Virus record (IMG/VR): IMGVR_UViG_3300045988_140605
DNA from: a virus
Reading direction: 5' to 3' (one strand)
Length of the DNA: 60,617 nucleotides
In this document: piece after piece, positions 8,068 to 18,700 of the stretch
How the letters are laid out: the number at the start of each line of letters is the position of its first letter
Numbering within the stretch: the first letter of the stretch is position 1
Notes under the pieces: generated by a model
Seen by the model: the letters and a program-made list of their open reading frames with translations, nothing else
Told to the model about the DNA's origin: nothing
Databases searched by the model: none
Translations under genes and position numbers: made by a program

Positions 8068-9307
8068 CCGCTCTCACCACCTTTGTGCAGAGCTTGCCCT
8101 CCACAAGAGATAGCCCCAGCGCTTCAAACATCTCCTGCAAAACGCTTGGAAGGCCGGCAACCGCCTCATCGCAGGCAAGCTTTGCATTGTTGGCCTCATA
8201 GGTGGCGGTATTACAGGCGTTTTTTGATTGATTAGCCTCAAGAGCGGCTGAGGTGGCGTTTACTGCGGAATCGTTTGCAGAGTTCGTCGCTGCTTCGCAC
8301 AGTGCCGCAGCATTCTCCGCAGCTAACGCCTTTTGGTTTGCGTTGGCTGTAGCGGCATCGCAGTTTTTCACGGCGGTATTCACGTCATTGATTACAGCCT
8401 GTGCATTCGCAGCCTTTTCATCGGCATTCGTTGCCGCTGTATTGGCAGCGGAAGCTTTTTCAGTGGCGGTATCAGCAGCTGAGTTAGCCGCTTCTGCTGC
8501 TTCATTCGCAGCGGTAGCGGCACTGTTGGCGCTGTCCGCAGCAGCGGTTGCCTTCGTATCGGCCGCATTTGCCGCCTGTGCGGCGGCGGTCGCGCTATCG
8601 GCAGCCGAGGAAGCCGCTGTCGCCGCCTGATTGGCTGCGGTCGCTTTCGTGTCGGCAAGATTAGCCTTTTCTTCTGCAAGTGAGGCCTTCTCGTTGGCAT
8701 TTGAAGCCGCAGAGATTGCGGACGCAGCGGCGGTATTCGCAGCTGATGCGGCATTGTCAGCAGCATCCTTCGCTGTGTTAGCGTTCTCTGTCGCTGTCTG
8801 CGCTGCTGCCGCTTTCTGCCCGGCAAGAGTGGCTTTCTCATCCGCCGTATTGGCGGCCGTCGTCGCCATCTGGGCAGCGGAAGAAGCACTCGTTGCGGCA
8901 GCATCCGCCGCCGTTTTGGCTGCGTTCGCTGCGTCAGCCGCATCGGAAGCGCTTTTCGCCTTAGCATTAGCGTTTGAAGCTGCCTGATTGGCAGAAAGAA
9001 CGGCTTCATCAACCCGATCCGCAGCGTCATTAGCAGAAGAAGCGGCTGCGTTGGCAGCGCTGGCCGCATTATTCGCAGCCGTAGCGGCGCTGTTGGCATT
9101 AGCCGTCGCCGTTTTGGCCAGATTCGTCTGGGCTTCGGATTGAGTAGCCTCCTGATTAGCGTTTGCGGCGGCGGAATCGGCCTTTGTTTTGGCGACCGTT
9201 ACGTCGTCATAGCATTCTTTGATAGCGTCGTGAATGGAACTGCGAACCTCTTCTCCGTAAACGGCATTATTGATGTTATTCAGTAGCTGCTGAATCCTGC
9301 TCGCCAT
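8060..9307 (-). CDS. Ala/Asn-rich fibre protein paralog (415 aa, low-complexity coiled-coil-like)
   Basis: The N-terminus is AVYGEEVRSSIHDAIKECYDDV. About 330 aa are A/N/T/S-rich repeats (AANANxxATxAA). The C-terminus is LGLSLVEGKLCTKVVRADG. Confidence 0.65.
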   Translation of the reverse strand: MASRIQQLLNNINNAVYGEEVRSSIHDAIKECYDDVTVAKTKADSAAANANQEATQSEAQTNLAKTATANANSAATAANNAASAANAAASSANDAADRVDEAVLSANQAASNANAKAKSASDAADAANAAKTAADAAATSASSAAQMATTAANTADEKATLAGQKAAAAQTATENANTAKDAADNAASAANTAAASAISAASNANEKASLAEEKANLADTKATAANQAATAASSAADSATAAAQAANAADTKATAAADSANSAATAANEAAEAANSAADTATEKASAANTAATNADEKAANAQAVINDVNTAVKNCDAATANANQKALAAENAAALCEAATNSANDSAVNATSAALEANQSKNACNTATYEANNAKLACDEAVAGLPSVLQEMFEALGLSLVEGKLCTKVVRADG

Positions 9308-9518
9308 TCATGTCGCCCTCCTCTGCCAGATCACGTGCGCCTTCCTCTCCATTTTGATTCTGCTGCTGAACCACGCTGTTAATGGCGGCAATGATGTCAT
9401 TGCACTTATTGAAGGCGTACTCCACCAAGGAAGCGTTCTCATGGCCGCGAACCTCAATGGAATCAATCGCCTCACGAACTCTGGTCACTTCCATGCCGAA
9501 TTCATACAAAGTCTGCAT
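9276..9518 (-). CDS. Hypothetical protein
   Basis: The 80-aa ORF has ATG 9518 after AAGGAGGA and lies between Tal and the fibre genes. Confidence 0.5.
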   Translation of the reverse strand: MQTLYEFGMEVTRVREAIDSIEVRGHENASLVEYAFNKCNDIIAAINSVVQQQNQNGEEGARDLAEEGDMNGEQDSAATE

Positions 9519-9532
9519 TGAACGAATCCTCC

Positions 9533-12043
9533 TTAGTTGTAGCCGGTGTTGCCGGAAATTTTGATATCGAACTTGTACCTGGATGCTCCAAGGGAAGTAT
9601 ATCGTTTACTACCTACTTTCACATCGTGGGTATGGCCGGTGGAAATGCTGGTCGAGCCAGAAAAGCTGTGCCGGTGGGAAGAAGGCGTGAAGGTAGACGG
9701 CTTACCCGTAATGGAGCTCCAAGCGTGAGAATGCGAAGCCAGCGCGTAATTGGCCAGCTGCTCTTTCACCCAGTCCTGTGTGGCGTACTTTTTCGTAACG
9801 AGGCACCAATACTGGGTCGCCACCTTTTCAACGCCGATGGACATGCTGCTTGTGGCTTTCAAGGAGTCCACGGTCAAGGAGGATGGAATACTGGTAAGGT
9901 ATCCTTTAGCTTCCACCCAGGCCTGCGTGGCAAAGCCTGAACATTTTTGATTGACATATTCTTCAGTCGCCACCATTTTTCCACGCAGAAAAAGCGAACT
10001 GGCGACTTGAATGCTCGCAGCCCGAAGTTGGGTGATCTTGGCGATGGACGAATCAAGCCACACGGTATCAGTCTTGATAGCACTGATCTCATTTGCAATC
10101 AGTGTCTTGATGTTGGTGATTTCCGTGTTGATATTCGTAATATCGCCATTGATGGTGGTGATATTGGAATTGATCGTGGCGACCTTGGAATTCAGCGTCG
10201 CCTTATCGGCCTTCGACGTAATGGCGGATTCAGTATTGCTCGCCCGCACTTCAAGGGCCGCGATCTTCGTCCCATGGTCGCTGTTATGGGATGCTTCCAG
10301 CGCAATCTGCGCCTTCAGATCATCCGTTACCTGCTGGATGCTGGTTTTCGTGGTGCTGATCTGGCTGTCCAGCGTCCTCTTATGCTCCGCTTCCAGCGCG
10401 ATCTGCGCCTGTAGATCATTGGACAGCTGCGTGATGCTCGTCCGGGATTCCATTATCTGGCCATCCAGATTCTGAATGCTTTCCGTATTGGCCGCGATTT
10501 TGGATTCCTGATCGTTCGCCGAAACGGTCATTTCTGCATAGTGACCGGCCTCCAGATTGGCCAATTCCTGATGCTGCGAGGCGACCAGGGAAATACGAGC
10601 ACCAAGTTCATTGTTTAGCAAATCGATATAGGCGGCCTGTTCCTTCTGAACCTGATCCATATCATCAAACTCTTTACGCAGAGTCTTGATGTTGATGTTG
10701 CCGGTCGGAGCGTCCAGAGAAATGCCGCACGATGACTCAAGTATCTCTTTTGCGTCATTGAACTTCTTATAGAGCGTCCCAAGGTCGATATGAGCGGCTT
10801 CCGGATTGACATTGATCCAGGCATCGAAGAACTCATCGAGTTGTTTCTTTGCCTCTTCGCTGGCGGCTTCTCCCGCGCCACCGCCGCCTCCGCCGCCTCC
10901 ACGGGTCTGTTCGGCGTCCTGCTTCGCCTTATCCTTGCGGTATCGCTCGGTCAGGCTCTGTTTTGGCGTGCCGAAGGTGTAGGTGTTGTTAGCCGGGTTC
11001 TCCAGATCGTATTCGATCTTGGTGCAGACCAGCTCGTCAGCCATGCCATGCGCCGCAGAAATCAAATGCACCTTATCACCAACATAGATCGGGCTGGCAT
11101 TGGGGTCCACCAGATGCATGTCAACGGCTTTCACTGTCAGTGTAACCGGAACATTCACATTGCTAGCCAGAAAGCGCCTGCCGTTTTCAAGCAGCGTTTC
11201 CGGCGTATTCACGCTGTCGAACACATGCGTCTTGACAATACGCCCATAGCGTTCCACAGCCATCGCATCCACCAGCTCATCGCTGCCGTTGTTCACGGAT
11301 TCGATGGTCAGGTTCTCATCCCCCAACGGAATCAGCACCGTGAACACATCCTCGGCGGATACTTCTTCCGTCAGATCCAGCATGTTTTTGCCGAATTCAA
11401 TGTCCTGCGTGGCATTATTTCCATAATCCAGTAGTAGATCAATATAGGTTTTTCCATTTTGACGGCGCGTGCGCAGATAGCCGCCAGTGTAGTCGATCAG
11501 GCAGTTCTGGATAAAGTCGAAGCTGTTCTGCCATTCATCCGCAATGGAATTGATGGCGATCTGCTTGTAATCGAACTTGCCGGTTTCCTCATCCTGCACC
11601 TCGTCGGACTTACCGGAGAGCACCACGTCCCTGTTTTCGATGGTGATGTCGCCCACAAGGAACTGTTTATCCGCGCCTGCGCGTTTGTTGTGCGCCTCGA
11701 TAATTTTTCGGAAAAGATCGTGGGTCTTGCCGTTATACCGCTCTGCCTTTTGCACCGTATCCACCAGATAGGCGAGATCGCCCTCACAGTAGACCGTGCG
11801 CACATTGTTGAAATTACGGTTATTTGTCAGTACGCGTCCGCGGAAGATCTCCACATCGTCCATCTCTACGGTAATCATCGTGGTCAACTGAGGAAGGGCA
11901 TTGTAGTAGCGGTTGCTGGGCGGAATCTGGAAGGAAAGCGCACCTGCCTTGCCCATTTCAAGCGTCAGCTTGGGTGTGAACAAGGATAGACTGTTGTCCA
12001 TCGGCTGAAAGATGGATTTGCCATTCGCATAAATATAAAACAT
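9533..12043 (-). CDS. Tail-associated protein (Tal / prophage-tail N-terminal domain) with coiled-coil shaft and HxH fibre tip
   Basis: The N-terminus (LTLEMGKAGALSFQIP...VEIFRGRV...YCEGDLAYL) is typical of siphovirus Tal proteins. It also has a poly-Gly run, long heptad-like repeats and a C-terminal SHSHAWSSITGKPSTFTPSSHRHSF...GHTHDV. Confidence 0.7.
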   Translation of the reverse strand: MFYIYANGKSIFQPMDNSLSLFTPKLTLEMGKAGALSFQIPPSNRYYNALPQLTTMITVEMDDVEIFRGRVLTNNRNFNNVRTVYCEGDLAYLVDTVQKAERYNGKTHDLFRKIIEAHNKRAGADKQFLVGDITIENRDVVLSGKSDEVQDEETGKFDYKQIAINSIADEWQNSFDFIQNCLIDYTGGYLRTRRQNGKTYIDLLLDYGNNATQDIEFGKNMLDLTEEVSAEDVFTVLIPLGDENLTIESVNNGSDELVDAMAVERYGRIVKTHVFDSVNTPETLLENGRRFLASNVNVPVTLTVKAVDMHLVDPNASPIYVGDKVHLISAAHGMADELVCTKIEYDLENPANNTYTFGTPKQSLTERYRKDKAKQDAEQTRGGGGGGGGAGEAASEEAKKQLDEFFDAWINVNPEAAHIDLGTLYKKFNDAKEILESSCGISLDAPTGNINIKTLRKEFDDMDQVQKEQAAYIDLLNNELGARISLVASQHQELANLEAGHYAEMTVSANDQESKIAANTESIQNLDGQIMESRTSITQLSNDLQAQIALEAEHKRTLDSQISTTKTSIQQVTDDLKAQIALEASHNSDHGTKIAALEVRASNTESAITSKADKATLNSKVATINSNITTINGDITNINTEITNIKTLIANEISAIKTDTVWLDSSIAKITQLRAASIQVASSLFLRGKMVATEEYVNQKCSGFATQAWVEAKGYLTSIPSSLTVDSLKATSSMSIGVEKVATQYWCLVTKKYATQDWVKEQLANYALASHSHAWSSITGKPSTFTPSSHRHSFSGSTSISTGHTHDVKVGSKRYTSLGASRYKFDIKISGNTGYN

Positions 12044-12748
12044 TTACAGTCGCCCTCCAGTATTCTCGATTGTGATCGTACCCTGACCGGCGAATATCAG
12101 CGTGTTCTCTCCGCTGTGCAGCACAATTTGAGGGATCGTGTTTGCGCCCTTGCTCAGGCTGTACGTCTTACCCTCATATGTGACCTGCATTCCGGAGGCC
12201 GAGGCGATGATGACCGGAACTGAATCCATCATATCACCCTCAACAACGACCGTGAGCGAAGTCAGCACGGAGAGATTCTTGTAGTTTCGGATAATGCCAG
12301 TTTCGAAGTTAAAGGGATCCCAAAGCCAGTCCGAGCCGGTATTATTGATCTCTTTCTTATAAGGCCCAACATTGTAGTTAATCACAATCTGAGAGTAATC
12401 CTTATCGGATTTCCACTGATTGACGGAAAACCGCCCTTCATAGAAATACGCAGGATCATCCTCCAGAATCGCCTTGAAGGTCTGCCCGTGGAGATAGACC
12501 ATGATTTCACTATACAGCACGGACCAATCCTTGAACCCGTTCTGCACATAGAAAGTCCAGGAACCGGTTCGATTGTTGTAGGTGGGTCTCCCGGCGAGAG
12601 AGGCGGTCAGATCGAGCACGCCGTCTCCCCCCGGAATGTTCACCATGTTTTCCTTTACCGTCGGCGGGTTGAACAGCGGGCGAGTGGCGGGAATTAAATG
12701 CCAATCGTCCCAGGTGTTTTTATCGCCAATCGTGATCGAATGATACAT
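12044..12748 (-). CDS. Distal tail protein (Dit)
   Basis: It lies between the tape measure and Tal. The N-terminus MYHSITIGDKNTWDDWHLIP...NIPGGDG resembles the Sipho_tail family. Confidence 0.7.
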   Translation of the reverse strand: MYHSITIGDKNTWDDWHLIPATRPLFNPPTVKENMVNIPGGDGVLDLTASLAGRPTYNNRTGSWTFYVQNGFKDWSVLYSEIMVYLHGQTFKAILEDDPAYFYEGRFSVNQWKSDKDYSQIVINYNVGPYKKEINNTGSDWLWDPFNFETGIIRNYKNLSVLTSLTVVVEGDMMDSVPVIIASASGMQVTYEGKTYSLSKGANTIPQIVLHSGENTLIFAGQGTITIENTGGRL

Positions 12749-15700
12749 TTAATTCCCCCTTCCTCGTCTCATTGCCAACTCACCAAGCTGGTTGTCCATT
12801 TTGCGTGAAGTAGCGCCAACCAGTTCGCCGGAATCCAGCACAACCTTCATGTTGGTAACCGCTTCATTGAGATTGTCAAAGCGGTTCGCAAGCGACTGCA
12901 ATTCGGCAATGACATCCTTATTGTTTATTCCGCCTGCGATTCTGGCGCCATCAAAATTCAGGGCATTAACGCCCTTGTTGAAATTGATGCCATTGAATAG
13001 CCCGCCGCTCAAAACCTGATCGGAATTGAGCATCCCGCCAATCATACCAACGCCAGATCGAACATTGCTCAAATCAAGCACAGGTCTGATTGTCGGGTTA
13101 GGATCGATAAAATCAAAGATGCTGTAATCCGTACCACGAAGCATGGTTTTCGCGGAATCAACCGCGTTCTCACCAATGCCCTCGGCGCTCTGGCTCACAA
13201 CCCTTGAGTAACGATCCAAGCCGCCAGCGATGCCCAGATCGAAGTTCATACCCAAATCACGTCCCACTCTCGACGGGGAATGAACGGACCAGGTGATTTG
13301 AATCGCTCTGGTTGCACCGGCAGCCGCATTCGTGGCCGCTCGTCTTACGGAGCCAGCCATAGAAGAAATACCATTGGAAAGACCTTTACTGAGGTTCTGA
13401 CCGGTTCGATACCAGACCAAGTAGGTTTCCTGCGCAGCCGTTGTTCCGGAGGAGGAAAGCGCAACCGCAGCAGCGCCGACCTGATCTCCGCCATTGGAAA
13501 TCGTGGCAGCCATCGTGGTGACAAAGGAATCTGCCATCAGTTCGGCGGCATACTCAATATCCCCGGTGTCTACGTTTCCTTCCTTGATGGAGTCCGCAAG
13601 CGCGGTAAACGCGGTTACGATTGTCTGCACAGTGGCAAAATCAGTCGCAGCCTGAGAAGCCCCGGTAATTCCAGTTGCGAAAGTGCTGAAATTGTTAGCG
13701 AAGGAAGCCATACTGCTTGATAATCCGACAATATCCTTGCTTCCGCCAAAGAACGCCCCAATATCTGCCCAGACGCCACCCTTGGTTTCGAGCGTTCCGA
13801 TGAAAGTCTGCATGTCTGTCAGAATCTGTGTCGCTTGTTCTGTATTAGAGAAGTCAGCGGCGCTCAGTTGGGAAGCAAACGTCGCCAGATTCGTGCCGAC
13901 CGTAGCCATCTTTTCAGAAAGCCCGACAATATCCTGCTGGCCGCCAAAGAACTTTCCGATCGCATTAAATACGCCGCCTTCGCTGCTCAACCCATTGGTA
14001 AACTGCGTAATCAGCCCCATAGCTTCAAGAGCATTGGAGGTTTCCTGCGTGCTGACGCTGCCGATATTAGCAGCAAACGAGGCCAAGCCGGCGCCCAGCT
14101 GGGCGCACTTTTCGCCGAAAGTACCAAGATCCTGCTGACCAAGAATAGTCTGCACCCATCCGCCCTCAGCGGGAATTGAATTGGCCAGACCGGCCAGCGC
14201 CATCGCCGCATTGGTAGAGTTGGTAATGTCGTCTTGAGTAACGGTGGTGGTAAATCCGGAAATTTCTGCTGCATAAGCGACCATGCCAGCTGCAAAACCA
14301 GGAATGCGTTCAGCGAATGTTCCTAAATCCTTGATACCAAGCAGCTTGTCGAGCGTGCCGCCCTCCGCTGGAAGCGCATTCTGAAGCTCGATTAAGGCCT
14401 TAGCGGCATTATTGGAATTGGTAACATCTGCATCAGAAACCGTAGACGTAAACCCGGAAATTTGCGTGGCGTAAGCGACCATGCCCTTAGCGAAACCCGG
14501 AATCTTCTCGGCAAAAGTTCCAAGATCCTTAATGCCAAACAGCTTATCGAGCATACCACCTTCCGTAGGAAGCGCGTTTTGGAGCTCGATTAAGGCTTTT
14601 GCAGCATTGGTAGAATTAGTGATATCAGCTTCGGAAACGGAGGCCGTGAATCCAGAAATTTCTGTAGCATAGGCCTTCATGCCAGCTGCGAAACCGGGCA
14701 CTCGCTCACCAAAGACAGAAAGATCCTTGATGCCAAGAAGGCCGTCAAGAATTCCGCCTTCAGTAGGAAGCGCATTCTGGAGTTCGACCAGAGCTTTAGC
14801 AGCGTTGGTAGAATTGGTAATGTCTCCATCAGCAACACTACTGCTAAACCCTGTGATTTCAGCAGCATAAGCCACCATACCAGCAGCAAATCCTGGAAGG
14901 TTCTCAGCAAAAGAAGAAAGATCTTTAATGCCGAGCAATCTGTCGAGCAAACCACCCTCCGCAGGCAGAGCATTCTGGAGTTCGACCAGAGCTTTGGCCG
15001 CATTGGTAGAGTTTGCTACATCGGACTCGGTTACAGTTGAACTGAACCCGCTGATTTCGGCAGCATAGGCTTTCATTCCCGTAGCAAAGCCCGGAATCTT
15101 TTCGGCAAAGCTCGTCAGATCCTTCACGCCAATAATTCCGTCAAGCCAGCCACCTTCGGAAGGAAGAGCATTTTGAAGCTCGACCAAACCTTTTGCAGCA
15201 TTAGTGGAATTCATGATGTCTGCTTCGGAAACCGTAGACGAGAACCCGCTGATTTCTTTGGCATAGGCCTTCATGCCAGTGGCGAACCCCGGAATTTTGG
15301 CAGAGAAAGTCGTAAGATCTTTCACGCCCATGATGTTCTGAAGCAAGCCGCCTTCACCAGATAGCGAACCTTCCAAAGCAATCAATGCCTTTGCAGCATT
15401 TGTGGAATTATCAATGTCCGTCTGTGTAACAGAGGAACTAAACCCGCTGATTTCGGCAGCATAGGCTTTCATGCCGGATGCAAAACCAGGAACCTTACCG
15501 GCAAAGGTAGTCAGATCCTTAATGCCGATCAAATCTTGCAGCAGTCCACCTTCGCCAGACAGAGAATTTTCAAGCCCGATCAATGCCTTTGCGGCATTCG
15601 TGGAATTGTCAATGTCCGTCTGGGTCACAGTGGATGAAAAGCCGCTGATTTCTTTCGCATAGGCTTTCATGCCGGTAGCAAACCCCGGTACACGTTCCCC

Positions 15701-18700
15701 AAAGGTAGAAAGATCTTTAATGCCGAGCAAGCTCTGAATCCAGCCTCCTTCGGCCGGAAGTGCCTGCTGCAATTCAACCAATGCTTTTGCGGCGTTCGTG
15801 GAATTCGTAACGTCGGTTTCACTGATCGTTGCGCTGAAACCAGAAATGTTAGTGGCGTAATTCAGCAGAGCCGTAGCGAGAGTTGCCGCGTCATCTGCGA
15901 ATCCCTCAACATCTTTGCTTCCGGTCACAGCCTTGGCCCACTCAGGCGCTTCCCATGGCACGGCTTTCACAAGCTCGGCCAAGCCTTTCGCAGCGTTGGT
16001 GGCATTTGTCAGGTTGGAGTTATCCGTTTCAGTAAACCCGCTAATGCCGGCTGCGAAATTGTTCAGGGCAGTGGCAATGATTCCGATATCATCAGAGAAT
16101 TGACTGATCGGGTTATCGCCAACGAACCAGGAACTGATAGCGGAAACGATCTCCGCACCGCCGATTGCAGTAATAGCGGATGCCAGATTCCCAACTCCGG
16201 TTTTTACAGATTCATCAACGCCCTTACATCCATCCAGGAAAGGCTGAATGTTCGTCATAAAGTCGGAAAGGTCGCTGCCAATCTGCGGGAGATTCAATCC
16301 CTGCATAACGCCAGCGCCAAGACCTCCGACAAATCTGCCGATAGCCTTTCCGATTGCTTCGGTCATGTCTCCGAAGCTGTTGATATAAGAAGAAACGCTC
16401 CATGCCTGCTCCGCCGCTCCGAATACAGCCATCAGGGCCACGATAGCGGCTGCAACCAGCGCCAGCTTAGCAATGCCAGCAAGAGCTGCGGTTACAGGAA
16501 CCTTGCTGATGAGCATCATGGAAGCGGAAAGCGAAAGCAGCGCAACACTGAACGAAGTAGAGAACGCCAGCATTTGGCCCATCTCAACGCCATCCAGGTG
16601 TTTCAGCGCTTTCACAAATACCTGTAGAGACAGCGCCATCACGCCGAGCATAACAAGCGATTTGGTGATACCGGTGATCTTGGTCTTGTTCATGATATTC
16701 ATGAACGCTGCAATTTCAAGCAGTACAAGCCCAAGGCCAGCCACGCCCTTGATGATTGTTTTGGTTTTCAGTTTGCCAATCTTTGCGATGGTCTCGGCGA
16801 AGCTGTTCAGCGACACGGCCATCAGAATCAATCCAGCGCCCTTGAACACGCCGAAATTACTCTTCTTGACCATGGACATAAAGGCGGCCAGCTCCAACAG
16901 TACCACACCCAGCCCGGCCAGACCCTTTACAATCGTGCCGGTATCCAGCGAGCCGATCTTTTCGATGGTGCTTGCAAACATGGAGATGGATGCCGCCATC
17001 AGAATCAGGGCAGTGCCTTTGAACACGCCCAGCTTTGCTTTCTTGGTCAGAGCAAGGAACACGGCCAGTTCGAGCAGTACAGCGCCGAGACCGGCAATAC
17101 CCTTAACGATGGTCCCAGTTTCAAGGCTGCCGATTTTCTTGATGGCGTTAGCGAACATGTTGATCGAGACAGCCAAGAGAATCAATCCAGCCCCCTTGAA
17201 TATGCCAAGATTGGCCTTCTTTGTGAGAGCGAGGAAGATTCCAAGCTCCAGCAGTACGGCTCCAAGCCCTGCAATACCTTTTACGATGGTATCCGTTTCC
17301 ATGCCGCCAATCTTCTGAATCGCGTCGGCAAACATGTTGATCGAAACAGCCAGCAGGATCAACCCGGCCCCCTTGAATACGCCAAGATTGGCCTTCTTCG
17401 TAAGAGCGAGGAACGCAGCCAACTCCAACAGCACAGCGCCAAGCCCGGCAATGCCCTTAACAATCGTTCCGGTTTCAAGGCTGCCGATTTTCTTGACGGC
17501 GTTAGCAAACAGATTCAAAGATGTGGCAAGCAGAATCAGCCCGACGCCCTTGAAAAGACCCATTTTGACCTTTTTGGTCAAACCAAGGAATACAGCCAGC
17601 TCAAGTAAGACAGCACCGAGACCAGCAATGCCTTTTGTGATCGTTTTCGTATCCATGCCGCCGAGCTTAATCACCACATCGGCGAAAATTTTCAGCGAAG
17701 TGGCAAGAAGAACCAGTCCGGCGCCTTTGAACAGGCCCATCTTAGCCTTCCTGGTCAATGCCATGAAAACAGTCAGCTCCAGCAGCACAGCACCGAGACC
17801 TGCAATGCCCTTGACCAGCGTTTCGCCGTCCAGTTTGCCGATGCGTTCGATGACGCTGGCAAAGACGAGCATAGCAGAGCCAAGAAGCATTAGGCCCGTA
17901 CTGGCGGCCGCCAACCCCGCCGCATTCTTCAGCTTAATTTTGCTGAGAATGAAGGCGAAGGCTGTAATTGCCGTCAGCATGATACCCATGGTGAACACCG
18001 CGTCTCCAAGTCGATCAGGATCGATCTTGGCAACGATATACAGCGCACCGGCAATCAGGGCGAGGGAAGCTGCAATGTTGAGAATGGTTTTTGTGATGTC
18101 TTTCTTGGATTTGAAAGAGCCGAGCGTGTCAACAATGCCATCGGAAATACCTTCGATTCCGCCGCAGATCGACTCTTTAATGTCGGTAAGACTCTTGATA
18201 AAATTCCGAATTTTCAGAAGAACACCGCCGCCAAGCAGCGCGCCAAGAATCACCGCAATATCCGCGCCATCCATATTGGTCACGAAATTCTCAACGCTTT
18301 CCCCGATATTGGAGAAGAAGGTTTTGATGCTCTTGAGAATATCGTTTCCGTCAAAGAACTTGCTGATCTTTTCCCCAATTCCGGAAAAACGATCGAACCA
18401 GTCCTTGATTTTCTCGGTAATCCCATCCGGACCGTTGCTGAACAATTCTTCCGTAGCACGAATGAAGTCTTTTACCGCGTCAACCATCTTCTTGATGAAG
18501 TTGGTGACCTTTTCGACTACGTTCTGCACGCCGCCGGTCTCTTTCAGACGCTGATTGAATTCCGTGATCTTGTCGGCGCCCTTGGCAATAAGCTCAATAA
18601 GATCACCGGCATAGGGTGAAACATAGCTGAAGACCTCTTTAGCAACCTGCCATACGCCGCCGATTACCTGACGAATGATGTCCAGCCCATTCGCCATACC

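Noticed and set aside
8253-9099. Ala-rich plus-strand ORFs and a 235-aa R/P/Q-rich minus-strand ORF overlapping the 415-aa fibre gene
   Set aside because: They are alternative frames of a GCN/AAY-rich low-complexity region. Only the 8060-9307 frame shares conserved termini with its paralog and has a proper start.
13280-18554. Series of plus-strand ORFs (up to 406 aa), some with periodic starts
   Set aside because: They are antisense reading frames of the tape-measure repeat arrays. Their periodicity (198 or 177 nt) simply mirrors the coding repeats.
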